DNA of 51,032 bases, the filler included, from an uncultured virus (IMG/VR IMGVR_UViG_2061766007_000659) (taxonomy: Duplodnaviria; Heunggongvirae; Uroviricota; Caudoviricetes). It is 2 parts of one record of this genome, joined end to end, with 100 filler letters (N's around TTAATTAATTAA, not from the genome) between each part and the next. Parts side by side here need not be neighbours in the genome. Positions count along the whole stretch, not along the records: positions 1 to 21,645 come from IMGVR_UViG_2061766007_000659; 1 more part is not named here. One strand, written 5' to 3'. How positions within the stretch are numbered: the stretch's first letter is position 1; the number at the start of each line of letters is the position of its first letter. The translations under genes and the position numbers were made by a program. A model generated the notes under the pieces. That model was not told the origin of the DNA, made no database searches, and saw only the letters and a program-made list of their open reading frames with translations. Shown one piece after another: positions 9,326 to 19,169 of this stretch.

Positions 9326-11065
9326 ATGTCAGAAGATATCATGAAAAAGTATGTAGACCGTGAAGGTCTTAATCTCTTTCTTGGAAAGTTAAAAGATTCC
9401 TATGCTCATAATACTTCCACCAAATTCGTGGTCAATCATGCCTTAGAGGCCGGTAAGACTGTCGGAACTCTCACAATCAAGAACTCAGAGAATGTCACAA
9501 TTCTTGATGCTTGGGATGGAAGTTCCAATGCTGTAATCACAGTCAGCTCCGCCGCTCCAGCACCTGCAGTTGAGGGCGTTCTCAAGTTCAAGGGTGTTGT
9601 GACAAGCCAGGGATTCCCTCAGGATTATGAAGGACCAGAAGAGGGTGATGTTGTTGTCTGTACAGAGGATTACACATTTGAGGCCACAAGTTTCAAGGCC
9701 GGTTCTGAATATCTCTATGCTGATAATGGTTGGGTAGAACTCGGAAGTGTTGTCACTCCTGTTGACCTCACCAACTATTACACAAAGGATGAAGTTGATG
9801 GTCTTATTGATGGTCTTGCAAATACCTATGCAACAAAGGCTGAACTTGCTGACTATGAGACAACAGCTCATGCAGCTGAGACTTATGCAACAAAGTCTGA
9901 ACTCAGTGATTATGTCACTTCTGCAAGTCTTGCAACTACTCTTGGAAATTATTATGACAAGACAGCCGCTGACCAGAAGTTCCTCTCCAGTGAACAGGCC
10001 GCTTCTGTTTATGAGACAAAGGTCCATGCTGAAGCAACATATGTCGCTAAGAAAGACCATGTGACAGAACCTGAAATCAGCAAGATGTTCCCAGTTGACT
10101 TTGTAGTTGAAGAAGGTGCAACACCTTCCGAAGTAACTACAGCTTTCGGTAATGCTGTTACTGCTCTTGGTGATGGTGGAGCTCTTAATGTTGATACAGA
10201 TGTTATCACTCCGACAGCTGGCGTTTATGGTATGGTAATCGGTAGTTCCGATGGTAACACTCCTGTTGATGTTACATTCAATCTTGGTGAGGACGCATCT
10301 CTCACAGCTACAAATGGTGCTAGAGTATTCTCCGTCAATCCTAACTCAAAGGTTGAGATTATTGGTGCTACAAATCCTGAGGATCCTAAGCCTACCGTTA
10401 CTGGTACTGCTGATGAGCCTTCAATCTTCATTGCAAACAACTCTTCTGTTACACTTGAAGGTGTTGAACTTTATGGTGAGAACTACTCAGCTCTCCAGTC
10501 CAATGGACTTAACGAGAATTCTGACTTCTACCTCAAGAATTGTATAATTAACGGACCTTGTTACATGCCTGCTTGTGGAAACCTCATCATTGAGAATTGT
10601 GAATTCCATGCATCTACTAATCCCGATGCTGATGCTGGCGCTCTCTATGTCAAGTCTGGTTCAATCACAATCAGAAATTCCAAGTTCTATGGAGCTACTG
10701 CAGAACACGCTGGAGTCAGCGGACCTTGGAAGCACAACAACAATGGTTGGAACGGAATCGCTACAGCTCTTGTTCTTGAGAACTGTAACTATGGTAATCA
10801 TGGCAACCTCAAGATTGACATTGATGCCGCTTCTCAGTTCTTCCCTGGATACTGTGATACAACATCTGAGGCTGGAAAGCAGTATGATAATGTTGGAATC
10901 CTTGTTATCAACTATAAGGGAAATCATTGTGCAGAAGGCGATTGCAACATCGCTCAGAACTTCTATGAGATTGATGTCACAGAATCCACAATCGGTAAGC
11001 ACTACTTCACACTTGATGGTAGAGATGGTACAGAACAGCTCACACTCGTTGAGTATCAGGGTTGA
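9326..11065 (+). CDS. Probable tail fibre/spike-type structural protein with YATK repeats and C-terminal beta-helix (pectin-lyase-like)
   Basis: 579 aa. DLTNYYTKDEVD, YATKAEL and YATKSEL repeats; parallel beta-helix-like turns (LKNCIIN, IENCEF, IRNSKF); followed by a terminator. Confidence 0.65.
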   Translation: MSEDIMKKYVDREGLNLFLGKLKDSYAHNTSTKFVVNHALEAGKTVGTLTIKNSENVTILDAWDGSSNAVITVSSAAPAPAVEGVLKFKGVVTSQGFPQDYEGPEEGDVVVCTEDYTFEATSFKAGSEYLYADNGWVELGSVVTPVDLTNYYTKDEVDGLIDGLANTYATKAELADYETTAHAAETYATKSELSDYVTSASLATTLGNYYDKTAADQKFLSSEQAASVYETKVHAEATYVAKKDHVTEPEISKMFPVDFVVEEGATPSEVTTAFGNAVTALGDGGALNVDTDVITPTAGVYGMVIGSSDGNTPVDVTFNLGEDASLTATNGARVFSVNPNSKVEIIGATNPEDPKPTVTGTADEPSIFIANNSSVTLEGVELYGENYSALQSNGLNENSDFYLKNCIINGPCYMPACGNLIIENCEFHASTNPDADAGALYVKSGSITIRNSKFYGATAEHAGVSGPWKHNNNGWNGIATALVLENCNYGNHGNLKIDIDAASQFFPGYCDTTSEAGKQYDNVGILVINYKGNHCAEGDCNIAQNFYEIDVTESTIGKHYFTLDGRDGTEQLTLVEYQG

Positions 11066-11082
11066 TTCTGATAGATTCCATG

Positions 11083-11113
11083 AAAAGTCCCCTCTTTTGA
11101 GGGGATTTTTTTT
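11083..11113 (+). terminator. Rho-independent terminator
   Basis: AAAGTCCCCTC-TTTT-GAGGGGATTTT followed by a T-run. Confidence 0.8.
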
Positions 11114-11167
11114 ATGCTCTCCCATCATTTTCTTTATAATAGAAGTATAGGAGAACATTAGAAAAAA

Positions 11168-11784
11168 ATGTCCAAGAAAAATAAGATTCATGTAGGTGAG
11201 ATACTGAAAAAGCACAATGCTCTTTTCAATTATATCAAAGACCCCTATGGATTCCGTATAGGTGTGGTTGTGATGATGGCAGGNNNNNNNNNNNNNNNNN
11301 NNNNNNNNNNNNNNNNNNNNNNNNNNNNNNNNNNNNNNNNNNNNNNNNNNNNNNNNNNNNNNNNNNNNNNNNNNNNNNNNNNNNNNNNNAGACCTGTGAG
11401 GTATTCAACAAGCATAGAGACCCTGATGAGCAGACAGACCCCAGCATGCTGGATATTTACAATGATGTCGAGACCTTAAGAAATCTGAAAGTCGGAAGTC
11501 CTGAGACAAGAGGATTCCATAATGATTCCATTACAAGTAAGGGAAAGGCTGACCTTGTTTCCCTTGCTATCAAGAGGGCCAATATGGACAGAGACAATTA
11601 TTTCGCCTGTAAGTCAGAGAACCCCAATGACAGATGTGACCAGAGTGAGGTCGAGTGGGATTTGAACTGGATTCCGATTAACAGACCTGATGACAGTCTA
11701 ATCGTGAAAAGTCAGATTCTTACACAAACTATAAAGAGAGCTGTAAGAGAAGCTGAATACAGGGCTTGGAGATACTTCAAGTAA
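11168..11784 (+). CDS. Hypothetical protein (two ORF pieces joined across gap)
   Basis: MSKKNKIH...GFRIGVVVMMA-gap-...MLDIYNDVETL...AWRYFK*. Confidence 0.5.
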
Positions 11785-11796
11785 AGGAGAGAACAA

Positions 11797-12461
11797 TGGA
11801 CTGGAGAAAGAACGCCAGCAACGGATATGAGGCATACGCTTATATACAGAAAAGACCTATCAGTTTCCAGGTGACCCTTGACGGAAGGTATCTTGGATGG
11901 ATTTCCAACTATGACCCTAATACAAGAAGCTCAAGGCCTGAACTCTATATCTCAGGCAAATGCTCCACAGACGAGGAGGCCATGTCCTACATCAACGGAC
12001 TCGTTGAGAAGCTGAATAATCCTGCTCTGGTCAAGAAGTCTGAGGAATCCTCTCCTCATACAGAGGAAGATGTTTATGTCGAGAAGCTGACAAAGGATTT
12101 GGATAACTTTGAGGATGCACCCGTTGAGGAGATTCCAGTTGAGGAGCCTATCGTGGAGACCGTCACAGAGGAAAATTCTGACCCACAGGACAACTTAACG
12201 GATGCTGAGGAAACTGATATAGTTGAGGAGGAAGAATCAGCAGGTGACCCGATTTCCTTTATTGTAGATGGAAATACACTTACCATCCGCTCCACAAGAG
12301 AGGGTGTTCTCAAATACACCACAAACGGAAGGGATGTCAATGTGTCCTCCAAGATTTACAGGGAGCCTTTCTCAATTGAAGGTGTGGAGATTGTCAAAGT
12401 CAGGCTTTATGATGCTGATAAAAATGTCCTTTCAGAGAATGAATATAAACCTTTCAACTAA
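11797..12461 (+). CDS. Hypothetical protein with acidic linker and C-terminal Fn3-like (chitobiase/CHB_HEX_C-type) domain
   Basis: RBS AAGGAG before MDWRK; C-terminal LKYTTNGRD...IYREPFSI...VKVRLY. Confidence 0.6.
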
Positions 12462-12493
12462 TTAAATATCCTAAACTTAAATAGGCTAATAAG

Positions 12494-13261
12494 ATGGATT
12501 ATATAAAGGCTTTGGAAGAGGAAATATCAGACCATTTTACGGAAGACTTCCGTGATTTCTACGGAAGGAATCCCAGATTGACTGAGAAGGATGCTCTGCA
12601 TAACTGGGCTGAAAGATATTCTGCCCTCTATAATAACCCCTCATATATCAACGGATTTGTGGAAGAGGTTCTCAAACCGAAGTTCGGTATCAATTATCAG
12701 ACCTTGTTGGAGACATTGAGGTCTTCCGGAACCACTTTCACAAAGTATGTTGAGAGCCTTCTTGAATCAAGATTGCAGGAAGGAACCATCCTTGGTGATG
12801 AGGAAGGTGATGAATCACAGAATCAAGAAGATGCTGAAGAACTCAAAAGAAAAGCAATAGAGCAGTCCATAGGTGCTGATGAAGGCACATTGGATTCCCT
12901 TGATGATGAGTCTCTTGACAATCTCCTTGGGAGTGTTGAACTCAAAGGTGATGATGGCGAGGATGTTGAATCAGAAGTTGATGATGATGCTGATGTAAAA
13001 GATAAGGCCAATCAGAAGAAGTCAGCTTTAATCAAAAAGATGCTCGGAAGTGAGGATGTAGATTTGTCCGATGAAGATGGTGAGGAACTTGATTCCATCA
13101 TGGGCAGATTGTCTGGTCTTACGAATGTATCTGAAAAGGTCTATTTCATAAGGGACACCTTCAAGGAAAAGGATTCTGATACCTTACAGAAGCTTATCTC
13201 AAAGGGAACAGGAATGACCCTTGAGGAATCCAAGATGGTTTTGGAGATGCTGGATGAGTGA
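12494..13261 (+). CDS. Acidic hypothetical protein, possible head/scaffold-associated
   Basis: 255 aa, D/E-rich, internal repeat; preceded by AACTAATTAA. Confidence 0.6.
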   Translation: MDYIKALEEEISDHFTEDFRDFYGRNPRLTEKDALHNWAERYSALYNNPSYINGFVEEVLKPKFGINYQTLLETLRSSGTTFTKYVESLLESRLQEGTILGDEEGDESQNQEDAEELKRKAIEQSIGADEGTLDSLDDESLDNLLGSVELKGDDGEDVESEVDDDADVKDKANQKKSALIKKMLGSEDVDLSDEDGEELDSIMGRLSGLTNVSEKVYFIRDTFKEKDSDTLQKLISKGTGMTLEESKMVLEMLDE

Positions 13262-13553
13262 GAGAAACAACAGCTGCAGGTATTGCGGTAGGGAAAATGT
13301 TCATGGTCCTGGATGTATGTTCTCACCAGATGGTATGCACTCTGAAATAGGTGATGCTGACCATTGTATCTACTGTGGAAGCACCAACTATGGGACAGGG
13401 TGTATGTTCAGCCCCGAGAAGGGAAAAGTACATAAGCATGGTCATGGCAAGGCTGAGGACGGAAAGATGCATTGCGTATGGTGCGGAATGGTATTGGAGA
13501 AATCAGGCGGAACCGGATGTATGTTCTCTCCCAACGGCAAGCATCAGTTATAA
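13254..13553 (+). CDS. Cys/His-rich triple-repeat metal-binding protein
   Basis: Three units of CxxCG-x(n)-GxGCMFSP-x(1-3)-G-x-H. Confidence 0.7.
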   Translation: MSERNNSCRYCGRENVHGPGCMFSPDGMHSEIGDADHCIYCGSTNYGTGCMFSPEKGKVHKHGHGKAEDGKMHCVWCGMVLEKSGGTGCMFSPNGKHQL

Positions 13554-13574
13554 TTATAATCCATCTTAGAAATC

Positions 13575-13604
13575 ATCTTCGCAATTGTTGCGAAGATTTT
13601 TTTT
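13575..13604 (+). terminator. Rho-independent terminator
   Basis: ATCTTCGCAA-TTG-TTGCGAAGAT followed by a T-run. Confidence 0.7.
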
Positions 13605-13610
13605 GCCCTA

Positions 13611-13655
13611 TTGACAAAATCTCAGTTATGTTGTATCATAATAATGTAAGGAGAA
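13611..13655 (+). promoter_or_regulatory. sigma70-type early promoter plus RBS
   Basis: TTGACA-17-TATCAT, then AATGTAAGGAG. Confidence 0.8.
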
Positions 13656-13663
13656 AGAGAAAC

Positions 13664-14008
13664 ATGAGAGAAGAGAAGNNNNNNNNNNNNNNNNNNNNNN
13701 NNNNGGAGTTCGCCAAGGGCGAGAAGTTCGGAGAGTGGGATACAAATGGTAGAGAAATCAAAAATGCCTTGAAGTCACTGGCCATCGCAATCGAGGACTC
13801 AGAGAAGAGAGCTGAGAAAAGATATGTCGGTGTCTTCTACAATGTCAAGACCAGAGAGGAGTATGAGATTCCTTTCTACTCAAAGTACAGAGTGGGTAGC
13901 TTCATGAATAAGAATGATTCTTGGAGTGCTCAGTATCAGTACTGTAAGGAGAACGGTCTTAAGTATGAAGATGTTAAGTTCGAAGAGGCTTACAGAGAGA
14001 GGGCATAA
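13664..14008 (+). CDS. Hypothetical early protein
   Basis: ATG after TAAGGAG RBS; MREEK...AYRERA. Confidence 0.6.
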   Translation: MREEKXXXXXXXXXEFAKGEKFGEWDTNGREIKNALKSLAIAIEDSEKRAEKRYVGVFYNVKTREEYEIPFYSKYRVGSFMNKNDSWSAQYQYCKENGLKYEDVKFEEAYRERA

Positions 14009-14010
14009 TT

Positions 14011-14187
14011 ATGAATCTTATAGGAAGAGAAGTAACCATTACAACAAGAGACTCTTGGGCATATGACCAGTGGGGAATCGTTAAGATGTTTGACGGAGAG
14101 TACTATCATATCGCAATCTACAATGACCCTGTAACAACTCTGGTCTTCACAAGAGACGAGTTCAGAGTTCCAAGAAAGAGAGGCTGA
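14011..14187 (+). CDS. Hypothetical 58-aa early protein (not in ORF track)
   Basis: MNLIGREVTITTRDSWAYDQWGIVKMFDGEYYHIAIYNDPVTTLVFTRDEFRVPRKRG; tightly packed between neighbours. Confidence 0.55.
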   Translation: MNLIGREVTITTRDSWAYDQWGIVKMFDGEYYHIAIYNDPVTTLVFTRDEFRVPRKRG

Positions 14188-14191
14188 CTTT

Positions 14192-14398
14192 ATGAAAGAT
14201 AGCCTTTTAAAATGGAAGAAACTGGACGCAGGTGAGTATGAAAGCCTTGACGGAAGATTCTATATACTCAAATGTTGGGACAGAATGTACGGAAATCATT
14301 GGGAACTTCATGACAGAAATGAATCAGATTGGTACAAAGGTACTTATTATGAAAAGACTTTAACTGATTGTAAGGTCAGAGCATTGTCTCTTGATTAA
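14192..14398 (+). CDS. Hypothetical early protein
   Basis: 68-aa ORF in the operon, GAGG RBS. Confidence 0.55.
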   Translation: MKDSLLKWKKLDAGEYESLDGRFYILKCWDRMYGNHWELHDRNESDWYKGTYYEKTLTDCKVRALSLD

Positions 14399-14422
14399 AG
14401 TGGATAAAATCTGAATAAGCTA

Positions 14423-14465
14423 TTGACAAAGTACCTCATATATGGTACTCTATATATGTAAGGAG
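14423..14465 (+). promoter_or_regulatory. sigma70-type early promoter plus RBS
   Basis: TTGACA-17-TACTCT with TG extension, then ATGTAAGGAG. Confidence 0.7.
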
Positions 14466-14473
14466 AAAGAGAT

Positions 14474-14668
14474 ATGGCAGATTGGACAATCAGAGTAACA
14501 GACCCAGAGGGTCACAAGACTTGTTTTTTCACCACTTGGGCAACCAAGAGAGACGCTATGGATTATGCACAGAGACTTCAGACAGCTTTCGGTCACAAGG
14601 GATACAAGCATGAAGTCTTGAACAGAAAGACCAAGAAGGCCACAATGGTCTTCGGAGAGGAGATTTGA
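14474..14668 (+). CDS. Hypothetical early protein
   Basis: 64-aa ORF after promoter and RBS. Confidence 0.6.
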   Translation: MADWTIRVTDPEGHKTCFFTTWATKRDAMDYAQRLQTAFGHKGYKHEVLNRKTKKATMVFGEEI

Positions 14669-14670
14669 TT

Positions 14671-15003
14671 ATGGTTAAGGAAATCAAGAACAAGGCACTT
14701 AAAAACGAGCTTATGAGGATTGACCCTTCCCTTGAGCACCTGATGCTCATGAAGGATTCAGACAACGGATACTTCTATCTGTCGAGCGATAATGAAGATG
14801 GTGATGTATGGGGAGACAGAATCTCATCCCTTTATTACAATCACATTCTGGTGAACTCCTTCAAGGATATGACCATTGAGGAATGGGTATCAGAGATACT
14901 TGATGTCCTTCTCCAGGAGGAGACTGACTATGAGGATTGGCAGTATAAGCTGATGGATGATGCCTATGGACAGGATAGGGCAATGGGAGACGAGCGCTTC
15001 TGA
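14671..15003 (+). CDS. Hypothetical acidic early protein
   Basis: ORF with GAGGAG RBS (MVKEIKNK...). Confidence 0.55.
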   Translation: MVKEIKNKALKNELMRIDPSLEHLMLMKDSDNGYFYLSSDNEDGDVWGDRISSLYYNHILVNSFKDMTIEEWVSEILDVLLQEETDYEDWQYKLMDDAYGQDRAMGDERF

Positions 15004-15182
15004 TAAGGAAATAAAGAATGTATATCAAGAAAAGCCTTTTGGATTATTACGCTTACAAATGGTATGACAAACCCTTTGACGAGCTGACAAAGGAGCAGCA
15101 GGAAGATATCAGAATCTACATCGAAGAATCTTTGCTGTAATATCATAAACCCATTATATTAAATGTAGGGAGAAATGCACAA

Positions 15183-16248
15183 ATGCACGATATCAGAGTA
15201 ATTGAAAAATCAGATAAGTATGGTTATGAGGTAGCCATTGACGGACAGAACAAGTATTTCAAGAGCAAGGAATACAATTATATCTTTGACATGAAAACCG
15301 GAAGGATGATTTCATGGGGAAGAACCTTTGAGGATGACCCTGTTATCAGTCCGATAAACAATATTCTTGACCTTGAAATCACCACCATCTGTAAGCACGG
15401 ATGCCCCTTCTGCTATAAGTCCAACACCAGAAACGGTGTGAATATGTCCTTTGACACATTCAAGAAAATCATTGATGTACAGAGCAGAGGACTCACACAG
15501 GTCGCTCTTGGTGCTGACTATGACCTTACCGCCAACCCTGATATCTGGAAGATGATGCAGTATGCAAGGGAAAACCTCATCATTCCCAACATTACTCTCG
15601 GATATTGTGATGATGATACCGCTGACAAGCTGGCCAAGTATTGTGGTGCTGTCGCTGTATCAAGATATGAGGACAAGGATGCCTGCTATGATACCATCAA
15701 GAGATTGACTGACAGAGGTATGGAGCAGGTCAATATGCATTACATGATTTCCATGGAGACATATGACAGATGCCTTGAAACCCTCAATGATATCGTGACC
15801 GACCCAAGACTCTCAAAACTCAATGCAATCGTTCTCCTCGGACTCAAGACCAAGGGTAGAGGAATCGGATTCCATACTCTCACACAGGAGAAGTTCGATG
15901 TCCTCTGTGATTTCGCCAAGAAGCATAACATTGGTATCGGATTTGATTCATGTAACTCCCTCAAGGCTCTGAGGTCATTCGGTCAGCATATCCAGGGAAG
16001 TGTTCTTGATTGTGAGGCCGCAGGTCTCCAGAGTTCCTACATCAATGTCAAGGGTGAGTACTATCCTTGTTCCTTCGCTGAGGGCTGTGACACTCCTGTG
16101 GATTGGACTACCGGACTCAATGTTCTTGAGTGCAATAATACAGAGGAGTTCCTTGAAAAGATTTGGAGAAATCCCAAGACCCTTCTNNNNNNNNNNNTGT
16201 GAGCACAACGAGTGTCACTGCAGAACCTGCCCATTCTATGAGGTATGA
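15183..16248 (+). CDS. Radical SAM protein with SPASM/twitch-type C-terminus
   Basis: LEITTICKHGCPFCY (CxxxCxxC), DCEAAGLQSSYINVKGEYYPCSF, and terminal CRTCPFY after the gap. Confidence 0.85.
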
Positions 16249-17120
16249 TTATGGCTGAAAGTCTTATTTGGTCAGAAAAAGAACTTAAAGAGTTCTATGA
16301 CATGATAAATATGGAAAGGGATTTATCCGATGTTGATTTCTTCTGTCTTGCTTCAAGGAAGAAGTATCTTACTGAAAAGGAGAAGGCTGAAATCAAGATG
16401 GGAGATACCGTCATGCTCTGTAAGACCGTTCTCAAGGACTATAACTGGCCGAAGTTCCTCAGTAAGATTAAGCAGGCTGATGCTATGGCTGAATTTGTCC
16501 TTGACTCCAATGACAACTACATCCCCAAGAAGTGCTTTGTCATGTACATGAATGTAAATCACACAAGTGTAGTCAGAGCCATCAAGGAATTCAAGGAAAC
16601 TATGGCTGGATGGGATGCTGATACCATGACCCTTCTTGAATATGGAAATACTGAAAAGAGAGCTAATCTTCTCAGGCAGTACAAGTCATGTACAGAAGGT
16701 ATTCTCAAGGCTTTCCAGAACCCCAAGAACGGAAGGGATGATTGGATTGATATTGATTGTGATATCGAAGGCGATGAATCTCATAGGGAAGATTTGGCTA
16801 AGATGATGCTTAATCATTTCCATGATAAGTTCTATGCTGAATTTCTTGGTAGTGTCTTCTCAAGTGTTGCCATTCTTACCCATGGTGGAATTCATTTCCT
16901 CATGAAGAAGAGTGCCATCAGTACTTACAACAGAGAGGTAAGTCAGACCCATTTCCGTGAGGATGTGAAAAATTATATCCTTACACCAGAAAGAGTTCTT
17001 AATGAGATTAAGGAGCTCTTGAAGGATGAGAAGTCAAAGGAAATAGTGATTAATCCCAATAAAATGGTGCCGATTCCAGGAACTCTCCAAGGTGGATTTA
17101 AGGTCAGGATGCTCTCCTGA
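16245..17120 (+). CDS. Hypothetical protein, possibly archaeo-eukaryotic primase (AEP) superfamily
   Basis: WIDIDCD (hhDhD), THGGIH (motif II-like), and C-terminal VPIPGT. Confidence 0.45.
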   Translation: MIMAESLIWSEKELKEFYDMINMERDLSDVDFFCLASRKKYLTEKEKAEIKMGDTVMLCKTVLKDYNWPKFLSKIKQADAMAEFVLDSNDNYIPKKCFVMYMNVNHTSVVRAIKEFKETMAGWDADTMTLLEYGNTEKRANLLRQYKSCTEGILKAFQNPKNGRDDWIDIDCDIEGDESHREDLAKMMLNHFHDKFYAEFLGSVFSSVAILTHGGIHFLMKKSAISTYNREVSQTHFREDVKNYILTPERVLNEIKELLKDEKSKEIVINPNKMVPIPGTLQGGFKVRMLS

Positions 17121-17152
17121 CCTTAACTTATTTATATAAGGAGATTTTAAAA

Positions 17153-17416
17153 ATGAGCGCTTATAATGTCGGAATCATTCTCGTGATGCTTAAACTTGCA
17201 CAGTTCCTTCTGGAGATTCTCTTTGATACGGACTTTCCTCCAATGCTGTCACTTTTCCTCTTGGGACTTTTCGGAGGCGGAGTGACCCTTATAATCATTG
17301 ATATTCTTATGGTGGGNNNNNNNNNNNNNNNNNNNNNNNNNNNNNNNNNNNNNNNNNNNNNNNNNNNNNNNNNNNNNNNNNNNNNNNNNNNNNNNNNNNN
17401 NNNNNNNNNNNNTTAG
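17153..17416 (+). CDS. Small membrane protein (3' end in gap)
   Basis: AAGGAG RBS, two hydrophobic segments. Confidence 0.5.
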   Translation: MSAYNVGIILVMLKLAQFLLEILFDTDFPPMLSLFLLGLFGGGVTLIIIDILMVXXXXXXXXXXXXXXXXXXXXXXXXXXXXXXXXX

Positions 17417-17439
17417 ATATATAAGGAAAATGCAATCAA

Positions 17440-17649
17440 ATGAAGAAAATAATTTTTACTATTCTTATTGTCATTCTATTGGCCTTCATCGTTCATTGGA
17501 CAGGTATCCCTATCGGAACATATATTGATATGGGACTTGATTGGGTGTTCAGATGGACAAGTGGAATCATCCCTAAACTCACTGAGATTCTGCCCAAGTG
17601 GGGAGAGAAGGTAAGACAGACTGTAAGCGGATGGACTTCATCCCTTTAA
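17440..17649 (+). CDS. Small membrane/secreted protein
   Basis: MKKIIFTILIVILLAFIV hydrophobic N-terminus. Confidence 0.55.
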   Translation: MKKIIFTILIVILLAFIVHWTGIPIGTYIDMGLDWVFRWTSGIIPKLTEILPKWGEKVRQTVSGWTSSL

Positions 17650-17660
17650 GAAGAAACAGA

Positions 17661-18305
17661 ATGAAAATAAGAAACGGATTTGTCAGTAACAGTTCAAGTT
17701 CCTCTTTTGTAGTGATTGGAAGGGATGAGTCTCAGAAGATAGACTTGATTCCTTCCAATCTGATTACAAAGAAAGTCTATGAATGGTTTCCAAATTATGA
17801 ACATTGTGAACTTCACTTACCAATAACATATGCACAGATGGAGTTCGGTTGGGAGTTTGAGAGATATGAAACATTTGAGGACAGACTTAACTATGTTGTC
17901 GCACAGATAATGCGTTTGGATTATAATCCTGGTTTGAAGTATGTCTATGAGGAAATGTTTAGAAATGTTCTCAGAAAACACATGAAGGACAATGAGTTTC
18001 TGTCTGTTAAATTTGACTACAATTACTTCTTCTGTGACAGCATATCTGAGGATATGTGTTATGTTGACCATCAGTCCTCTTATCATGAGTACAAACCAGA
18101 ATATCACTATCTGTTCCTTTCGGAAGAGAACTTGGAGAACTTTTTGTTCAATGATGGTTCTTATGTACAGTGCGGAAATGACAATGAGGACCCAACATCA
18201 GAATGGATAGAATCTTATAATATATCAGAGGATTGTACAAAGGGATGCTTTGGTGAGAGTAACAGTTTAGAGGAAGAGAATGACACAGATTCAGAAGAAG
18301 CATAA
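17661..18305 (+). CDS. MKIRNGFVSNSSSSSF-family protein 1
   Basis: ATG at 17661 begins the motif; paralogous to the 40604 gene (EFGWE, LNY, DHQS, GNDN). Confidence 0.75.
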   Translation: MKIRNGFVSNSSSSSFVVIGRDESQKIDLIPSNLITKKVYEWFPNYEHCELHLPITYAQMEFGWEFERYETFEDRLNYVVAQIMRLDYNPGLKYVYEEMFRNVLRKHMKDNEFLSVKFDYNYFFCDSISEDMCYVDHQSSYHEYKPEYHYLFLSEENLENFLFNDGSYVQCGNDNEDPTSEWIESYNISEDCTKGCFGESNSLEEENDTDSEEA

Positions 18306-18480
18306 TCTTCAGGAAGACTTGAAGAGTGAGTATGGTTGGTGTTTTGTCAAGGATGATGATGGTAGTTTTGGAGACCAGTATTTAGACCTTGCACAAAGTG
18401 AATATGAGAAAGAATGTGACCTCATGGACAGAAAATGTGAGGATTGGGTTAATGACAAAGTAGGAGAGAAACCAGAATGA
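18280..18480 (+). CDS. Hypothetical protein
   Basis: 66-aa ORF overlapping both neighbours, GAGG RBS. Confidence 0.5.
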   Translation: MTQIQKKHNLQEDLKSEYGWCFVKDDDGSFGDQYLDLAQSEYEKECDLMDRKCEDWVNDKVGEKPE

Positions 18481-19169
18481 AAATAAGAAACGGATTTGTA
18501 AGCAACAGTTCCAGTTCCTCATTTGTTCTTGCCTATGATGATAGGAATGTCATAACCGACCCAAAGGATATTGCAGATTATATCAGCAATAATATCAGAG
18601 AGGATATCCTTTTCTGGGGTCCTGGTGGAGAAGGTGATGATATCTTTGAGCTTGGAATGAATCAGAAGAACTTCCTTCTTAAAAGAACAAAGAGATTCAT
18701 TCAGTTCTGTAAGGGCACTTTCAAGGATGATGTCTGTGTTAAGGATGATTCAGAGCAGGGATATCATTGGGAGGCTGTTGAGAAGCCCTATGTGAAGGCC
18801 ATTCCTCATCCCTATGCTTTCCATGAGTCTGGACTTGACTATATCAAAGAATCACCAGATATGTCTGATGTCCCGGAACCCAAAGATGGGGAAAGCTGGG
18901 GATCCTATTATAGGATTCAGGCAGATAGGGAACGTGACTTTTGGGACAAGAAGAAAAAGGAATGTATCAATAAGGTAAGGGAGAATCTCATCCGTGAGGG
19001 TGTAGATGCTGAACACCTTAAGATTGAGACTGTATTGGTGGATAACAACTCATGTGACCCTGATAACTGGAGTGAGTCAGAGTTCGCTCCAAGGTACTTC
19101 GGACTGCAGGATACCACATACGATAGGGATATCAGAAAGATGGACTTCCTTGATGAGGATAATAAATGA
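18477..19169 (+). CDS. MKIRNGFVSNSSSSSF-family protein 2
   Basis: Same 16-aa N-terminus; the remainder is not obviously related to the other two. Confidence 0.75.
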   Translation: MKIRNGFVSNSSSSSFVLAYDDRNVITDPKDIADYISNNIREDILFWGPGGEGDDIFELGMNQKNFLLKRTKRFIQFCKGTFKDDVCVKDDSEQGYHWEAVEKPYVKAIPHPYAFHESGLDYIKESPDMSDVPEPKDGESWGSYYRIQADRERDFWDKKKKECINKVRENLIREGVDAEHLKIETVLVDNNSCDPDNWSESEFAPRYFGLQDTTYDRDIRKMDFLDEDNK

